DNA from: Escherichia coli
GTDB lineage: Bacteria > Pseudomonadota > Gammaproteobacteria > Enterobacterales > Enterobacteriaceae
Reading direction: 5' to 3' (one strand)
Length of the DNA: 64,000 bases
Assembly (NCBI RefSeq): GCF_003018255.1
Contig: NZ_CP027440.1
Position 1 is the stretch's first letter. Each line of letters begins with the position of its first letter. The notes beneath the pieces were generated by a model, which saw nothing but the letters and a program-made list of their open reading frames with translations, ran no database searches and had not been told where the DNA came from. This document shows positions 48,682 through 59,336 of the stretch, in pieces. The translations under genes were made by a program, and so were the position numbers.

Positions 48682-49899
48682 TTACCTCGTAATATTTAAC
48701 GCTTTTCGCAAAATAAACGGACAGACGATTAAAAATGCATATTCCGGGCTAAATATCGAACCGGTAAAAAACAGCGATACCGGAGTAAAAAGATATAATT
48801 GCACGCGAAAATTGCGGTTATCACCAAAAGCGTTGATCATCATTTTTATCACTTTCCCCATGTACCACAGCGATAAAAACACTGCGAACCAGGAAAAATA
48901 AATAATCAGCAGATACAAACCATTGTCTATGGTTTTTCCGACATCCGCACCGTTAAATATTCCGAATGATGCGACATATTCATAAAGTGAGCCAAATCTG
49001 ACTACACCGTCAATATGGGTCAAAGAATAACCGACCATCACCAGCGGACCGACAATACGATAATACGATGACGATCCTTCCGTACCTAAATCGCCCAGAC
49101 GGGTGGAAATATAAGGAAACGCGATTACCACACCAACCAGGAATACAGCCAGAGAAATCAATGCTAACGGTAACTTTTTCTTAATCGCCTCTTTATTCAG
49201 ATATTGAAATGCCCACTCCAGCAAATAAAACAGGATAAAGGTCATAACCCCTGAAAACGATCCGGATAATATTATCCCTGCAAGAATCATAGCATCGGTT
49301 TTAGGCGTTTTGATACCAAACTGTTTGATGCTGAGCCAAATTGAGATTAATGCCAGAGCGAAAAATGCCGGTTCGAAATAAAGTGCTGTCGTGCGCTTGC
49401 CGCCGAATTTAATGAAATTCAGCACATAGCTGTTGCTGTAAATCAGATATTTCGAAATCGACTCCATAATACTGCTACCGCCGGTGAGGATAATTTGCGC
49501 CATCTCCACCGCCGCCAGCACCACCACCAACCCGACCACCAGATAAAAGAAACGTAATATCTTGCGGTGGTTGTGTGGCGAAATTGTTTTAAAGCGAATA
49601 CTCCACACCATGCCAATAATGATCACAATATAGACAAACAGCATGGTTGAAGTGACATATTTACTGGCATCCAGCGACTGACCAAACAGGTAGTTAAACG
49701 CCGTGAGCCCCGCGCCAATCCCCAAGGCAATCATCAATTTTTTAACGCTGATTCGCTCTAAAAACAGCAGTAACAAGACAGGTAAAAAAGTGACGATGGT
49801 GATGGGGAAACTTTCGCCAAGCTGGGCGATTTTGACATTAACCAGCAGGTAGATCAGCGGCAGCAGCAGGTAGCTACAGATTCTGATAGAAGTTGACAT
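48682..49899 (-). CDS. wcaD: Colanic acid polymerase
   Basis: ORF 48682..49971; start placed at internal [12 protein letters not shown] (about 405 aa); polytopic. Confidence 0.88.
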   Translation of the reverse strand: MSTSIRICSYLLLPLIYLLVNVKIAQLGESFPITIVTFLPVLLLLFLERISVKKLMIALGIGAGLTAFNYLFGQSLDASKYVTSTMLFVYIVIIIGMVWSIRFKTISPHNHRKILRFFYLVVGLVVVLAAVEMAQIILTGGSSIMESISKYLIYSNSYVLNFIKFGGKRTTALYFEPAFFALALISIWLSIKQFGIKTPKTDAMILAGIILSGSFSGVMTFILFYLLEWAFQYLNKEAIKKKLPLALISLAVFLVGVVIAFPYISTRLGDLGTEGSSSYYRIVGPLVMVGYSLTHIDGVVRFGSLYEYVASFGIFNGADVGKTIDNGLYLLIIYFSWFAVFLSLWYMGKVIKMMINAFGDNRNFRVQLYLFTPVSLFFTGSIFSPEYAFLIVCPFILRKALNITR

Positions 49900-51091
49900 A
49901 CTCCTCCAGCATCTGTTGTCCACTGTAGGCGGCGCGGCTGCGCTGGCTGAACTCAGCCAGCGTGGTACCAAATATCGCTTGTGCGATTTCCGGTTTGCTT
50001 AACTGCACCAGTTGCAGCACATCTTCTTCGCTGACGGTTTTACCACCGGATTTTTGCAGCACTTCACGCGCCGCATCGCTATGGGTGGCAATCACCGGCA
50101 CGCCAATCGATAACGCCTCACACAAAATCAGCGGGTAGTTATCGACGCGAGAACTGAACACCAGCGCATCCATCTGGTTGAGCGCGCTCATCAGTTTACG
50201 TTTGTCAGTTTCAAAGCCGTGATTAACAACGTTACCAGCGGTGAACGGCGAGAACTTACCGAAAGTATGCAGTTCGATTTTGTCGCCCAGCGCCATCATC
50301 TCGCGTACCAGTTGCTGGTTAGTTTTGCCGTCGTAACGCAGGTCATGCGCCACCACCGCGATTTTCGGCTTGCCCTGGGTTTCGCGCACCGGAGGCAAGT
50401 CCGCCAGAATCGCTTCGGTTGCCATATCAATACCGTTATTGATAATCCGGCAACGCCCTGGACCGTACAGACTATTGAAAGCGTCTGCCACATGCTGGCT
50501 GGGGGAAATAAACTGACAGCCCAGCGCCAGCATCTCGCTGAATAACTGCCGTTTGCCCGCCACCAGTTGGTGTGCGCGATCAATCTTCACCGGCGGATAA
50601 TTATTTAAGGTCGGGCATTTCTGGCAGCCCGTTTTCCAGCCTTCGCAACCGTCGGTAAAGGCGCAGCGTCCGGTAACGCTCCAGTGATCGTGTAACGTCC
50701 AGACCAGAGTGACATCCGGTTTATGGTTTTTCACTTTTTCGCAAAAGCGCACCACGCTCTTAAGATTCAACCAGTAGCTGTGCAGCACATGAAAATGCAG
50801 GACCACCGGACCCGGTGTGCGAGTAATGGTGCGATATAACTCATTGAAATTGCCGAACAGATCGCGATTAAGCAGACGAAACAACGCAATGTTCGCCATC
50901 GCGGTCATCCGCGGCGTATGTTTGATGACCTGCGGATAGTTTTGATGGCTGACGCTCTCTTTGCCGCCTTTGCCGTAGCCGTAGACAAAATGTGACGCCA
51001 GCCCCTGTTGCAGCGCGCGCTGGTGGAGATCTAACGCCACACCTGCCGCCCCGCCTTCCGCCAGTCGCACATTGAATTGCAGAATATTCAT
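49874..51091 (-). CDS. wcaC: Colanic acid glycosyltransferase WcaC
   Basis: 405 aa GT-B-like ORF; synteny. Confidence 0.9.
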   Translation of the reverse strand: MNILQFNVRLAEGGAAGVALDLHQRALQQGLASHFVYGYGKGGKESVSHQNYPQVIKHTPRMTAMANIALFRLLNRDLFGNFNELYRTITRTPGPVVLHFHVLHSYWLNLKSVVRFCEKVKNHKPDVTLVWTLHDHWSVTGRCAFTDGCEGWKTGCQKCPTLNNYPPVKIDRAHQLVAGKRQLFSEMLALGCQFISPSQHVADAFNSLYGPGRCRIINNGIDMATEAILADLPPVRETQGKPKIAVVAHDLRYDGKTNQQLVREMMALGDKIELHTFGKFSPFTAGNVVNHGFETDKRKLMSALNQMDALVFSSRVDNYPLILCEALSIGVPVIATHSDAAREVLQKSGGKTVSEEDVLQLVQLSKPEIAQAIFGTTLAEFSQRSRAAYSGQQMLEEYVNFYQNL

Positions 51092-51576
51092 TTAATTACC
51101 TTCACTCGCGCTTTTTCTCCCACCACCAGCGCGTTGTCCGGGACAGAGTCGAGCACCACGCTGCCCGCGCCCACGGTGACGTTGTTACCAAGCGTGATAT
51201 CACCAAGAATAATGACGTTGGCACCGAGTTCGACGCCGTTGCCAATGTGTGGACATGCCATGTTATCGGCACCACGATTGCCGATAGTGACGCCGTGGCG
51301 AATGGTGAAATCATCCCCCGCTACCACGTTTTTATTGATCACTACGGCGTAACCGTGATGGATAGTGAAACGGCGGCCAATGGTCGCGGCGGCCTGGATT
51401 TCATAACCGAAAAAGCATTCGGTGATAATGCGATACAGCACCAGCAGCGGGGCCGCCCAAAGATTGTTGAGGACGTTCTTTTTGCGCCACACCGAACAAA
51501 AATGAGCGGCGCGATAGGCAAGAACCATGCAGCACGGGCGTAAACTCCAGCTGTTGGCGCGCAGATCTTCCAGCAT
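51088..51576 (-). CDS. wcaB: Colanic acid acetyltransferase WcaB
   Basis: 162 aa hexapeptide-repeat acetyltransferase-like ORF; synteny. Confidence 0.9.
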   Translation of the reverse strand: MLEDLRANSWSLRPCCMVLAYRAAHFCSVWRKKNVLNNLWAAPLLVLYRIITECFFGYEIQAAATIGRRFTIHHGYAVVINKNVVAGDDFTIRHGVTIGNRGADNMACPHIGNGVELGANVIILGDITLGNNVTVGAGSVVLDSVPDNALVVGEKARVKVIK

Positions 51577-51578
51577 CT

Positions 51579-52418
51579 TTAGCGCCCCCGAATACCATCA
51601 GCCAGACGTTTGCCGTTACGCACCGACAGCAGCGTCAACAAGGTGCGCCAGGTCATGCGTTTATTGCGGATCTGGTAGAGGGTAAACAGCTGATATTTTT
51701 TGCTGGCGCGGTCAAATTTGTCTTTGTGCTTACGGTAAAAGTGGAAGTATCCGGAGAATTTTTTCGGTGACGAGGTGATCTGCATTTCGCCGTGATTGAT
51801 ATGCAGGATCTGCGTCGCCTCTTCCACTTTCCACGGTTCGCCGTACTCCACCACCATCCGCAGGAAGATGTCGTAATCCTGTGCCGCTTTCAGTTCGGTA
51901 TCGAACAAGCACTCTTTGAAACGCCACGCCCAGGTAAAGACCTGATTGCCAATGATATTGCGTTTGTAGAACAGGCGGCGTGAATACGGCGATTTGGGAT
52001 ACAGCGGCAAGCTTGCCGGTTGGGAATAGACTTCGCCCTGGCAAACGTAGTCGTTAGCGTACAAAAAGGCGTGAGTGACCAGTTGCTGTTTATGGGCGAG
52101 GAAGACGCTCAGGCGGTTGGGTGTCCATTCATCATCATCATCGATCCCGGTGATGTATTCCCCTTGCGCCAGCATAATCGCCTGGTTACGTACCGCGCAC
52201 GCCCCGCTGTTAATGTCGTTGTGAATGTAAGTGATACGCGGATCGTTGAGGGCGGTGACGTACTGTTGTAGTTGTTCCCAGGAGGTGGAGCAATCATCCA
52301 CGATGATCATCTCCCAGTTACTGTAGTCCTGGCGCAGGACCGATTTTATCGCCCGAATCGCCAGTTGTTGACGGTTCCAGGTCGGCATATAGATTGAAAT
52401 CAGCGGATTGTCTTTCAT
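51579..52418 (-). CDS. wcaA: Colanic acid glycosyltransferase WcaA (GT2)
   Basis: 279 aa ORF with GT-A motif (ISIYMPTWN ... IIVDDCST); synteny. Confidence 0.9.
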   Translation of the reverse strand: MKDNPLISIYMPTWNRQQLAIRAIKSVLRQDYSNWEMIIVDDCSTSWEQLQQYVTALNDPRITYIHNDINSGACAVRNQAIMLAQGEYITGIDDDDEWTPNRLSVFLAHKQQLVTHAFLYANDYVCQGEVYSQPASLPLYPKSPYSRRLFYKRNIIGNQVFTWAWRFKECLFDTELKAAQDYDIFLRMVVEYGEPWKVEEATQILHINHGEMQITSSPKKFSGYFHFYRKHKDKFDRASKKYQLFTLYQIRNKRMTWRTLLTLLSVRNGKRLADGIRGR

Positions 52419-52481
52419 AGGTTGTTCTCCCGGAGTGTCGAGATGTTCTGCCGGTTTATAAGCTGGTTTACAGGTTCTGTT

Positions 52482-52590
<109 letters not shown>

Positions 52591-52595
52591 TTTCG

Positions 52596-54758
52596 TTATT
52601 TCGCGTCCGACTTATATTCGTATTCGTAATAGCCATAATCCTGATACGCGCTGGCGCGACGGAAGATGGAGTTCAGAATCACCCCTTTCACCGGAATACC
52701 GTTTTGCTCAAAGCGGCTCAGACTGGTTTCCACTTCTTTCAATGTGTTGACCGCATAACGCGCCACCATCAACGTGGTTCCGACATGACGACCAACAATT
52801 GCCGCATCGGTCACTGCCAGAATCGGCGGCGTGTCAATTAACACCAGGTCGTAGTTTTTACTCGCCCACTTCACCAGTTCGGCAAAGCGTTCGCTCATTA
52901 ACAGTTCTGAAGGATTTGGCGGCACCTGACCGCGCGGGATCAGGTCAAATTTGGCAATAGAGGTCGGTTTAGCAGCGGTAGTAATATCGCCCTGACCAAT
53001 CAGAATTTCCGACAGGCCATTAACGTTATTAGTGCCCAACAGCTCGTGGGTGTAGCCTTTGCGCATATCGCAGTCGATCAACAACACCCGTTTATTGGTC
53101 TGACTGATCACCGCCGCCAGGTTAGCGCAGACAAAGGTTTTACCGATTGACGGGCTAACCCCGGTCATCATCAACACATTGTTCTGCGCCTGCATCATCG
53201 CGAAGTGCAGACTGGTACGCAGACTGCGGATGGCTTCAATCGCCAGATCGGTTGGATTCCCCACCGCCAGTAGCTGGCTCTGTTTATAGCGTTTAACCCC
53301 TTTGATGGTTTTGACGCTATCGCGCGCTTTCTGCCATTCCGACAGCGGGATGCTGGCATAGACGCTAATACCGTGTTCTTCCAGCACCTGTGGGCTTTCG
53401 ATGCCGCGATTGAACAACGAGCGCAGCAGCACACCCACGATAGAGAGCATCAGGCCGAGGATAATTGCACCGAGGATAATCAACCCTTTCTTCGGTTTCA
53501 GCACACCAGGCTGAGTGATTGCCGGGTCAACAATGCGCACATCGCCGACGGTGCTGGCTTCGGTGATTTTCAGCTCCTGCTCTTTATTCAGCAGTTGCAT
53601 ATAGACCTGCTGACCAGACTCGACATCGCGGGTCAGGCGCACAATCTCCTGCTGGGTTTTCGGCATCGCCGTTACGCGACCATTAAGTTTGGCTTTTTCG
53701 TCTTCCAGCGCCTGCCGTTTCTCCAGCAGCGTGCGGTACGCCGGGTGAACTTTGGTGTACAGCTTGGAGATTTCCGCCTCTTTAAAGGTCAGTTCGTTCA
53801 ACTGCGCGTCGATGTTCACCATCGAATCGAGCACCGCTTTCGCTTCCAGCGGCAGATCAACTGAATCTTTATCCTGACGGAAGGCATTCAGTTTGTTTTC
53901 GGCAACATCGAGGCGGCTACGTACTTCCGGTAACTGTTGCGCGAGGAAAGCGAGGCTTTTCGACGCTTCCGCGGATTTGCGCTCAATATTTTGTTCCTGA
54001 TAGTTACGGGCGATACTGTTAAGAATGTCGCGGATCTGTTCGCGGTCTTCACCGGTATAAGTCAGGCTCAGTACGCCTGCGTCTTTGCCGTTCTCCATTA
54101 CCGTCAGGCTGTTTTGCAGTTGGTTGATCATCCCCAGCGTGGAGTATTTGGTGACGGTAAACTCACTGCCCGGGCTGGCGTGAATGGCTTCCACCATCAG
54201 TGTGACGCCTTCTTTTTTCAGCATCTGGCCCGCTTGCCCACGGGCGCTAAAGCCGCCATCACTGCTCAGGGTGTAGTTTTTGTCATCAAGCACATTAAGC
54301 GTAAACACCTGATCCGCCATCTCTTTCGGGCGGTTAAAGGTGGTCACTTTCACCGTCTCGTTCTGGCGACCCATCAAACGATCCCAGCCCGCACCGAAAA
54401 TCGGGAACGTGTTTTTGCTCACCGCAATATCGAGGTCGAGATCGTCCACCGTTTTACCAAGCACCAGGCGAGAACGAATCAACTGGATCTCGGCGTCCGA
54501 TGCTGGCGGTTTGTTGGCTAATGCCGATCCGATATCCTGCACTAACGAATTGCCGCTGCTTTGTTCGATTTGTACCAGTGCGTCGGCGCTGTATATCGGC
54601 GTGGCGAAGAAGGTGTAAACCACGGCACAGAGGGCGAATACGGCGGTGATGCCAATTACCCACCAGCGCGCTTCAATGACGGTGCCGACCAGGCGACCAA
54701 TATCGATTTCATCACTGCCCGTTACCGGAGCGGCATGTTGTTTTACTTTTTCTGTCAT
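52596..54758 (-). CDS. wzc: Tyrosine autokinase Wzc (polysaccharide co-polymerase 2a)
   Basis: ORF 52596..54794; start placed at MTEKVKQHAAPVTG; Walker A (SPSIGKT) and C-terminal Tyr-rich tail (YQDYGYYEYEYKSD). Confidence 0.95.
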   Translation of the reverse strand: MTEKVKQHAAPVTGSDEIDIGRLVGTVIEARWWVIGITAVFALCAVVYTFFATPIYSADALVQIEQSSGNSLVQDIGSALANKPPASDAEIQLIRSRLVLGKTVDDLDLDIAVSKNTFPIFGAGWDRLMGRQNETVKVTTFNRPKEMADQVFTLNVLDDKNYTLSSDGGFSARGQAGQMLKKEGVTLMVEAIHASPGSEFTVTKYSTLGMINQLQNSLTVMENGKDAGVLSLTYTGEDREQIRDILNSIARNYQEQNIERKSAEASKSLAFLAQQLPEVRSRLDVAENKLNAFRQDKDSVDLPLEAKAVLDSMVNIDAQLNELTFKEAEISKLYTKVHPAYRTLLEKRQALEDEKAKLNGRVTAMPKTQQEIVRLTRDVESGQQVYMQLLNKEQELKITEASTVGDVRIVDPAITQPGVLKPKKGLIILGAIILGLMLSIVGVLLRSLFNRGIESPQVLEEHGISVYASIPLSEWQKARDSVKTIKGVKRYKQSQLLAVGNPTDLAIEAIRSLRTSLHFAMMQAQNNVLMMTGVSPSIGKTFVCANLAAVISQTNKRVLLIDCDMRKGYTHELLGTNNVNGLSEILIGQGDITTAAKPTSIAKFDLIPRGQVPPNPSELLMSERFAELVKWASKNYDLVLIDTPPILAVTDAAIVGRHVGTTLMVARYAVNTLKEVETSLSRFEQNGIPVKGVILNSIFRRASAYQDYGYYEYEYKSDAK

Positions 54759-54760
54759 TC

Positions 54761-55204
54761 TTATACCTGCTCTGCGTTCAATGCCTGCGCCCACTGGCGG
54801 GCAGACCGTTCAAGTAATGTGTACACCGCTACAAACGTTTCCCGGCTTTTGCGATACGGATCGGGGATTTCACATTCGTTATCCCAGTGACCAAACAGCA
54901 TCACTTTGCCGCGCATCTCCGGTGCCATCTCGCATAAGCGTTCGATATGGCGCTTTTCCATGGTCAAAATCAGGTCGTAGTTGCGACACAGGCGACGGCT
55001 GATTTGCCGTGCACAGTGACCTTCCAGAGACAGTTGATGTTCTGCGGCGACGCTGATAGCAGTAGGGTCAGCGCCCTTACCGACCAGCGCGCCGAGTCCA
55101 GCGGACTCCACTTTCAGCTCCGGGTGATAACGTTGCAGTAAGCGTTCCGCCGTCGGGGAACGGCAAATATTGCCGACACAGACAACTAAGATGTTGTTAA
55201 ACAT
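54761..55204 (-). CDS. wzb: Low-molecular-weight protein-tyrosine phosphatase Wzb
   Basis: 147 aa ORF with CxxxxxR P-loop (VCVGNICRS). Confidence 0.95.
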   Translation of the reverse strand: MFNNILVVCVGNICRSPTAERLLQRYHPELKVESAGLGALVGKGADPTAISVAAEHQLSLEGHCARQISRRLCRNYDLILTMEKRHIERLCEMAPEMRGKVMLFGHWDNECEIPDPYRKSRETFVAVYTLLERSARQWAQALNAEQV

Positions 55205-55209
55205 GACGA

Positions 55210-56349
55210 TTACCAGTTATGAATGTCGCTGGCTGTATCCGTCATGTAACGGACACCGCTAATAGTTGGCAGCAACTGATTGATCAGACGGTTCCAGCGG
55301 GAAACCGGGGCGGTGGTGACATACACCACGTCATAAGGTTGCAGGCGGAATTCTGTCGCCATCACCAGCAACGTGGCATCGGACATATCCAGCTGGTAGA
55401 TATTGGCAATCTTGCCGTTACGCCCGCCCTCGCCTTTCAGCGGACGAATGACAAAGATGCCGCTGGCGTTGGAGGTGGTCATGTCGATGCCTTCAGCATT
55501 GCCCAGGGCTTCAGTCAGGGTCATGCCGCTAAAGTCCATTTTCAGGGTGCTCTGTTTCTTCACTTCACCCATCACAAACACTTTCAGATCATCATTACGC
55601 GGCACGTAGAGAATATCGCCGGGGTAAAGCAGTCGGTTCTGATTGAGGTCGCCGTTTTGCATCAGCGCCTGCAAAGAAATGCGTTCTTCACGACCATTGT
55701 GTGTTAGCACTACGTTGCGCCAGTCAGCGGTGTCGGTCAGGCCACCTGCGGCGTTGATGGCATCAAGAATGGTCAGTGGCACGTTGGTGATCGCCTGTTG
55801 ACCGGATTTATTCACCTGGCCGGAGATATAGGCTTTTTGCGAGCGGAAGGCGGCGATATTAACGTCCACCTGCGGGTCAGCGATGTACGTCGCTAAGCGA
55901 CCGGTAATATCACTGCGGATTTCAGCGAGCGTTTTCCCCACGACGTGAACCTTGCCGATATACGGGTAGAACATAGTGCCGTCAGGCTGTACCCAGTTGC
56001 CGGTGTCGCTGGAGCTGCGGTACTGACCGGCTGGCGTGGTGAGTTCCGGGTGATCCCAGACGGTGACATTAAGAACGTCCCCCGGCCCGACGCGATACTG
56101 ATAATTCGCGATCTCACTTTCCAGCGTCATATTGGGGCGCGCTACATTCGGGCGTGGGCGTAATTGGTCAATCAGGCGCGGGGTCAACGGATAAACATTC
56201 ACCATTTTGTCGAGATCGAAATCAGCGTCCTGCTGTTTGATGACGTCTTTACCCATCGTCGACATATTGCTGCCCGGAAGTACTGTGCAACCGCTTATCA
56301 AGGTTACTGACACCAATAATGGCATCAATTTCATTTTGGATTTCATCAT
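55210..56349 (-). CDS. wza: Outer-membrane polysaccharide export lipoprotein Wza
   Basis: 379 aa ORF with lipobox (LISGC); first gene of the colanic acid operon. Confidence 0.95.
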   Translation of the reverse strand: MMKSKMKLMPLLVSVTLISGCTVLPGSNMSTMGKDVIKQQDADFDLDKMVNVYPLTPRLIDQLRPRPNVARPNMTLESEIANYQYRVGPGDVLNVTVWDHPELTTPAGQYRSSSDTGNWVQPDGTMFYPYIGKVHVVGKTLAEIRSDITGRLATYIADPQVDVNIAAFRSQKAYISGQVNKSGQQAITNVPLTILDAINAAGGLTDTADWRNVVLTHNGREERISLQALMQNGDLNQNRLLYPGDILYVPRNDDLKVFVMGEVKKQSTLKMDFSGMTLTEALGNAEGIDMTTSNASGIFVIRPLKGEGGRNGKIANIYQLDMSDATLLVMATEFRLQPYDVVYVTTAPVSRWNRLINQLLPTISGVRYMTDTASDIHNW

Positions 56350-56527
56350 TGTTTATTTATCACTTTGGCAGAGTAATTATCCTGTGCACTATTAATAGCA
56401 ATGTCGCCATGCACATTTACCTTGCAGTTAATTGAATAAAAATTTAACTGGCATCAGTCCTAAAAAAATTGATTTCATCCGCAGGCTATTGACAGAATAA
56501 TTCAGACTGGTCTTTCAGGCATCCAGA

Positions 56528-56566
56528 CACGCTACCGCCCCTGGCTTTTTAGCTACCAATACACTG
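56528..56566 (-). promoter_or_regulatory. JUMPstart/ops element in the wza 5' leader
   Basis: Seen in sequence: minus strand reads cagtgtattggtagctaaaaagccaggGGCGGTAGCGTG, a 39-bp JUMPstart with exact ops 12-mer, about 180 bp upstream of wza. Confidence 0.8.
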
Positions 56567-57007
56567 ATTTAGCTTAATTTTTAAAACCCTCTCAACATAC
56601 AGTCGTTGATGAGAAAGGGTTATTGCGGAAATTAACTTCCGAATATAAGGTGACATTATGGTAATTGAATATTGGCTCTCCAATAATGCAGGAGGAAGTG
56701 TTACAGCTAACGGAATAGCAGGCAAGGTAACAATTCGGCAATTGGCTATTTTTAAGAATTATATTAAGTGTCATTCAATATGGTTTTTAGGAGTTTCTTT
56801 AGGTTGACAATATTTAATATAGTGTCTCCACATGCGATATTTCTTAAATAATGTTTTATTATTACCACTTTTAATTCAGGGATAATGTGAGGTTATAAAC
56901 CTCAAATAATATGAGATAAATAGTGCTGCAACATTGCATTTTTGCCCCGATTTATCCATGATCGAATTGTGACATTTGTCATACAACGAATAGGTTTTGT
57001 ACTTACT

Positions 57008-58591
57008 ATGGAATGGATTGCCGATCCGTCTATCTGGGCCGGGTTAATCACGCTGATTGTGATCGAACTGGTCCTCGGCATTGATAACCTGGTCTTTATT
57101 GCCATCCTCGCCGAAAAACTACCGCCGAAGCAGCGCGACCGCGCACGGGTTACCGGGCTGTTGCTGGCGATGTTAATGCGCCTGTTACTGCTGGCGTCAA
57201 TCTCCTGGCTGGTCACCCTGACTCAACCGCTGTTCAGCTTCCGCTCGTTTACCTTTAGCGCCCGCGACTTAATCATGCTGTTTGGTGGTTTCTTCCTGTT
57301 GTTCAAAGCCACGATGGAGCTGAACGAACGGCTGGAAGGGAAAGACAGCAATAACCCCACCCAACGCAAAGGTGCGAAGTTCTGGGGGGTGGTGACACAA
57401 ATTGTGGTACTGGACGCCATCTTCTCACTCGACTCGGTGATTACCGCCGTCGGGATGGTCGACCATTTACTGGTCATGATGGCCGCCGTGGTTATCGCTA
57501 TCAGCCTGATGTTGATGGCCAGCAAGCCATTAACGCAATTTGTTAACAGTCACCCGACCATCGTTATTCTCTGCCTAAGTTTCCTGTTGATGATTGGCTT
57601 TAGCCTGGTGGCGGAAGGTTTCGGCTTCGTCATTCCGAAAGGCTACCTGTACGCTGCCATTGGTTTCTCGGTGATGATCGAGGCGCTCAATCAGTTGGCT
57701 ATCTTTAACCGGCGACGTTTTCTTTCCGCTAATCAGACGCTGCGCCAGCGGACTACCGAAGCGGTAATGCGCCTGCTTAGCGGGCAAAAAGAAGATGCGG
57801 AACTGGACGCCGAAACCGCGTCCATGCTGGTGGATCATGGTAACCAGCAGATCTTTAATCCGCAGGAACGGCGGATGATTGAGCGGGTACTTAATCTTAA
57901 CCAGCGTACCGTCAGCAGCATTATGACGTCGCGCCACGATATTGAGCATATCGATCTCAACGCGCCGGAAGAAGAAATCCGCCAGTTACTGGAGCGAAAT
58001 CAGCATACGCGGCTTGTCGTTACTGATGGCGATGACGCAGAAGATTTGCTCGGTGTTGTTCACGTTATCGACCTGTTACAACAGTCTCTGCGCGGCGAAC
58101 CGCTCAACCTGCGGGTGTTGATTCGCCAGCCGCTGGTGTTCCCGGAAACCTTGCCGTTGTTACCTGCCCTGGAGCAGTTCCGTAATGCCCGCACACACTT
58201 TGCTTTTGTGGTGGATGAGTTTGGCTCGGTGGAAGGGATTGTGACATTAAGTGACGTCACTGAAACCATTGCCGGTAACTTACCGAACGAAGTGGAAGAG
58301 ATCGACGCCCGCCATGATATTCAGAAGAATGCGGACGGTTCCTGGACGGCGAATGGTCATATGCCGCTGGAAGATCTGGTGCAATATGTGCCGCTACCGC
58401 TGGATGAGAAACGCGAATATCACACCATTGCCGGGCTGTTGATGGAATATTTGCAACGTATTCCAAAACCTGGCGAAGAAGTTCAGGTGGGGGATTATTT
58501 GCTTAAAACGTTGCAGGTGGAAAGCCATCGCGTGCAGAAGGTGCAGATTATTCCGCTGCATAAGGATGGCGAGATGGAGTACGAGGTGTGA
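57008..58591 (+). CDS. yegH: TerC-family membrane protein with C-terminal CBS/CorC domains (YegH)
   Basis: ORF 56942..58591; start placed at [35 protein letters not shown] (TerC signature); synteny after wza. Confidence 0.88.
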   Translation: MEWIADPSIWAGLITLIVIELVLGIDNLVFIAILAEKLPPKQRDRARVTGLLLAMLMRLLLLASISWLVTLTQPLFSFRSFTFSARDLIMLFGGFFLLFKATMELNERLEGKDSNNPTQRKGAKFWGVVTQIVVLDAIFSLDSVITAVGMVDHLLVMMAAVVIAISLMLMASKPLTQFVNSHPTIVILCLSFLLMIGFSLVAEGFGFVIPKGYLYAAIGFSVMIEALNQLAIFNRRRFLSANQTLRQRTTEAVMRLLSGQKEDAELDAETASMLVDHGNQQIFNPQERRMIERVLNLNQRTVSSIMTSRHDIEHIDLNAPEEEIRQLLERNQHTRLVVTDGDDAEDLLGVVHVIDLLQQSLRGEPLNLRVLIRQPLVFPETLPLLPALEQFRNARTHFAFVVDEFGSVEGIVTLSDVTETIAGNLPNEVEEIDARHDIQKNADGSWTANGHMPLEDLVQYVPLPLDEKREYHTIAGLLMEYLQRIPKPGEEVQVGDYLLKTLQVESHRVQKVQIIPLHKDGEMEYEV

Positions 58592-58665
58592 TAAAACATC
58601 AAATGCGCAGGTTCAAACTGCGCATTTGATTTATACAAAATTTAGTATAATCTAAGGATGGAGTA

Positions 58666-59004
58666 ATGAGAAAAAAGCTGGCTTTTCTTGATACCAGTCT
58701 TGACGATTTACGCGCATTTCCAGAATCGTCTCGACAGGAAATTGGCTATCAACTCGACAGGATCCAACAAGGGTTAAACCCATACGACTGGAAACCTTTT
58801 TCAACTATCGGCCCTGGTGTGCGAGAGATTCGTACTCGCGATGCTGATGGGATCTATCGCGTCATGTATGTCGCAAAATTTGAAGAAGCGGTTTACGTAT
58901 TGCATTGTTTTCAAAAGAAAACACAGACTACCAGTCAATCGAATATTGATTTAGCCAAACGACGCTATAAAGAACTTGTTCAGGAGCGGAAAAATGAAAA
59001 TTGA
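58666..59004 (+). CDS. Type II toxin, HigB/Gp49-like (RelE/ParE superfamily)
   Basis: 112 aa ORF; C-terminal region YRVMYVAKFEEAVYVLHCFQKKTQTTSQSNIDLAKRRYKEL resembles the conserved Gp49/HigB-like core as I recall it; good SD (aaggatgga) before the ATG; overlaps a downstream HTH gene. Confidence 0.6.
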   Translation: MRKKLAFLDTSLDDLRAFPESSRQEIGYQLDRIQQGLNPYDWKPFSTIGPGVREIRTRDADGIYRVMYVAKFEEAVYVLHCFQKKTQTTSQSNIDLAKRRYKELVQERKNEN

Positions 59005-59284
59005 AACCTTTGATAGTGTGTGGGATGCGGTGAGTGACACCCCTGAACAAGCGGAAAATATGCGGATCCGTGCCGAACTTGTTACGATCATTAATAACTG
59101 GATTGAACAACAAGGGTTTAGCCAGGCTCAGGCAGCGTCTGCTTTAGGGGTCACTCAACCTCGCATATCTGAACTTGCCAGAGGTAAGATCCAGATCTTT
59201 AGTATCGATAAATTGATCACCATGATGGCTCATGCAGGATTGCATATTCAACGTATTGAAGTTCAATATCCACATGCTGCTTAG
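58994..59284 (+). CDS. HTH (XRE/Cro-type) antitoxin, HigA-like
   Basis: ORF 58976..59284; start placed at MKIETFDSVWDAVSD after an SD (caggagcgg); helix-turn-helix region QAQAASALGVTQPRISELARGK; 11-bp overlap with the toxin stop. Confidence 0.6.
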   Translation: MKIETFDSVWDAVSDTPEQAENMRIRAELVTIINNWIEQQGFSQAQAASALGVTQPRISELARGKIQIFSIDKLITMMAHAGLHIQRIEVQYPHAA

Positions 59285-59336
59285 TACTATAAATACAGAT
59301 GGCGACAAATTGACGCCGCCATCTGCATAACTTGTC

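Noticed and set aside
56592-56774. 60-aa minus-strand ORF in the wza-yegH intergenic region
   Set aside because: It lies in an AT-rich regulatory region upstream of the JUMPstart, is Cys/Asn-rich and low-complexity, and has no convincing translation signals; more likely non-coding leader or promoter DNA.
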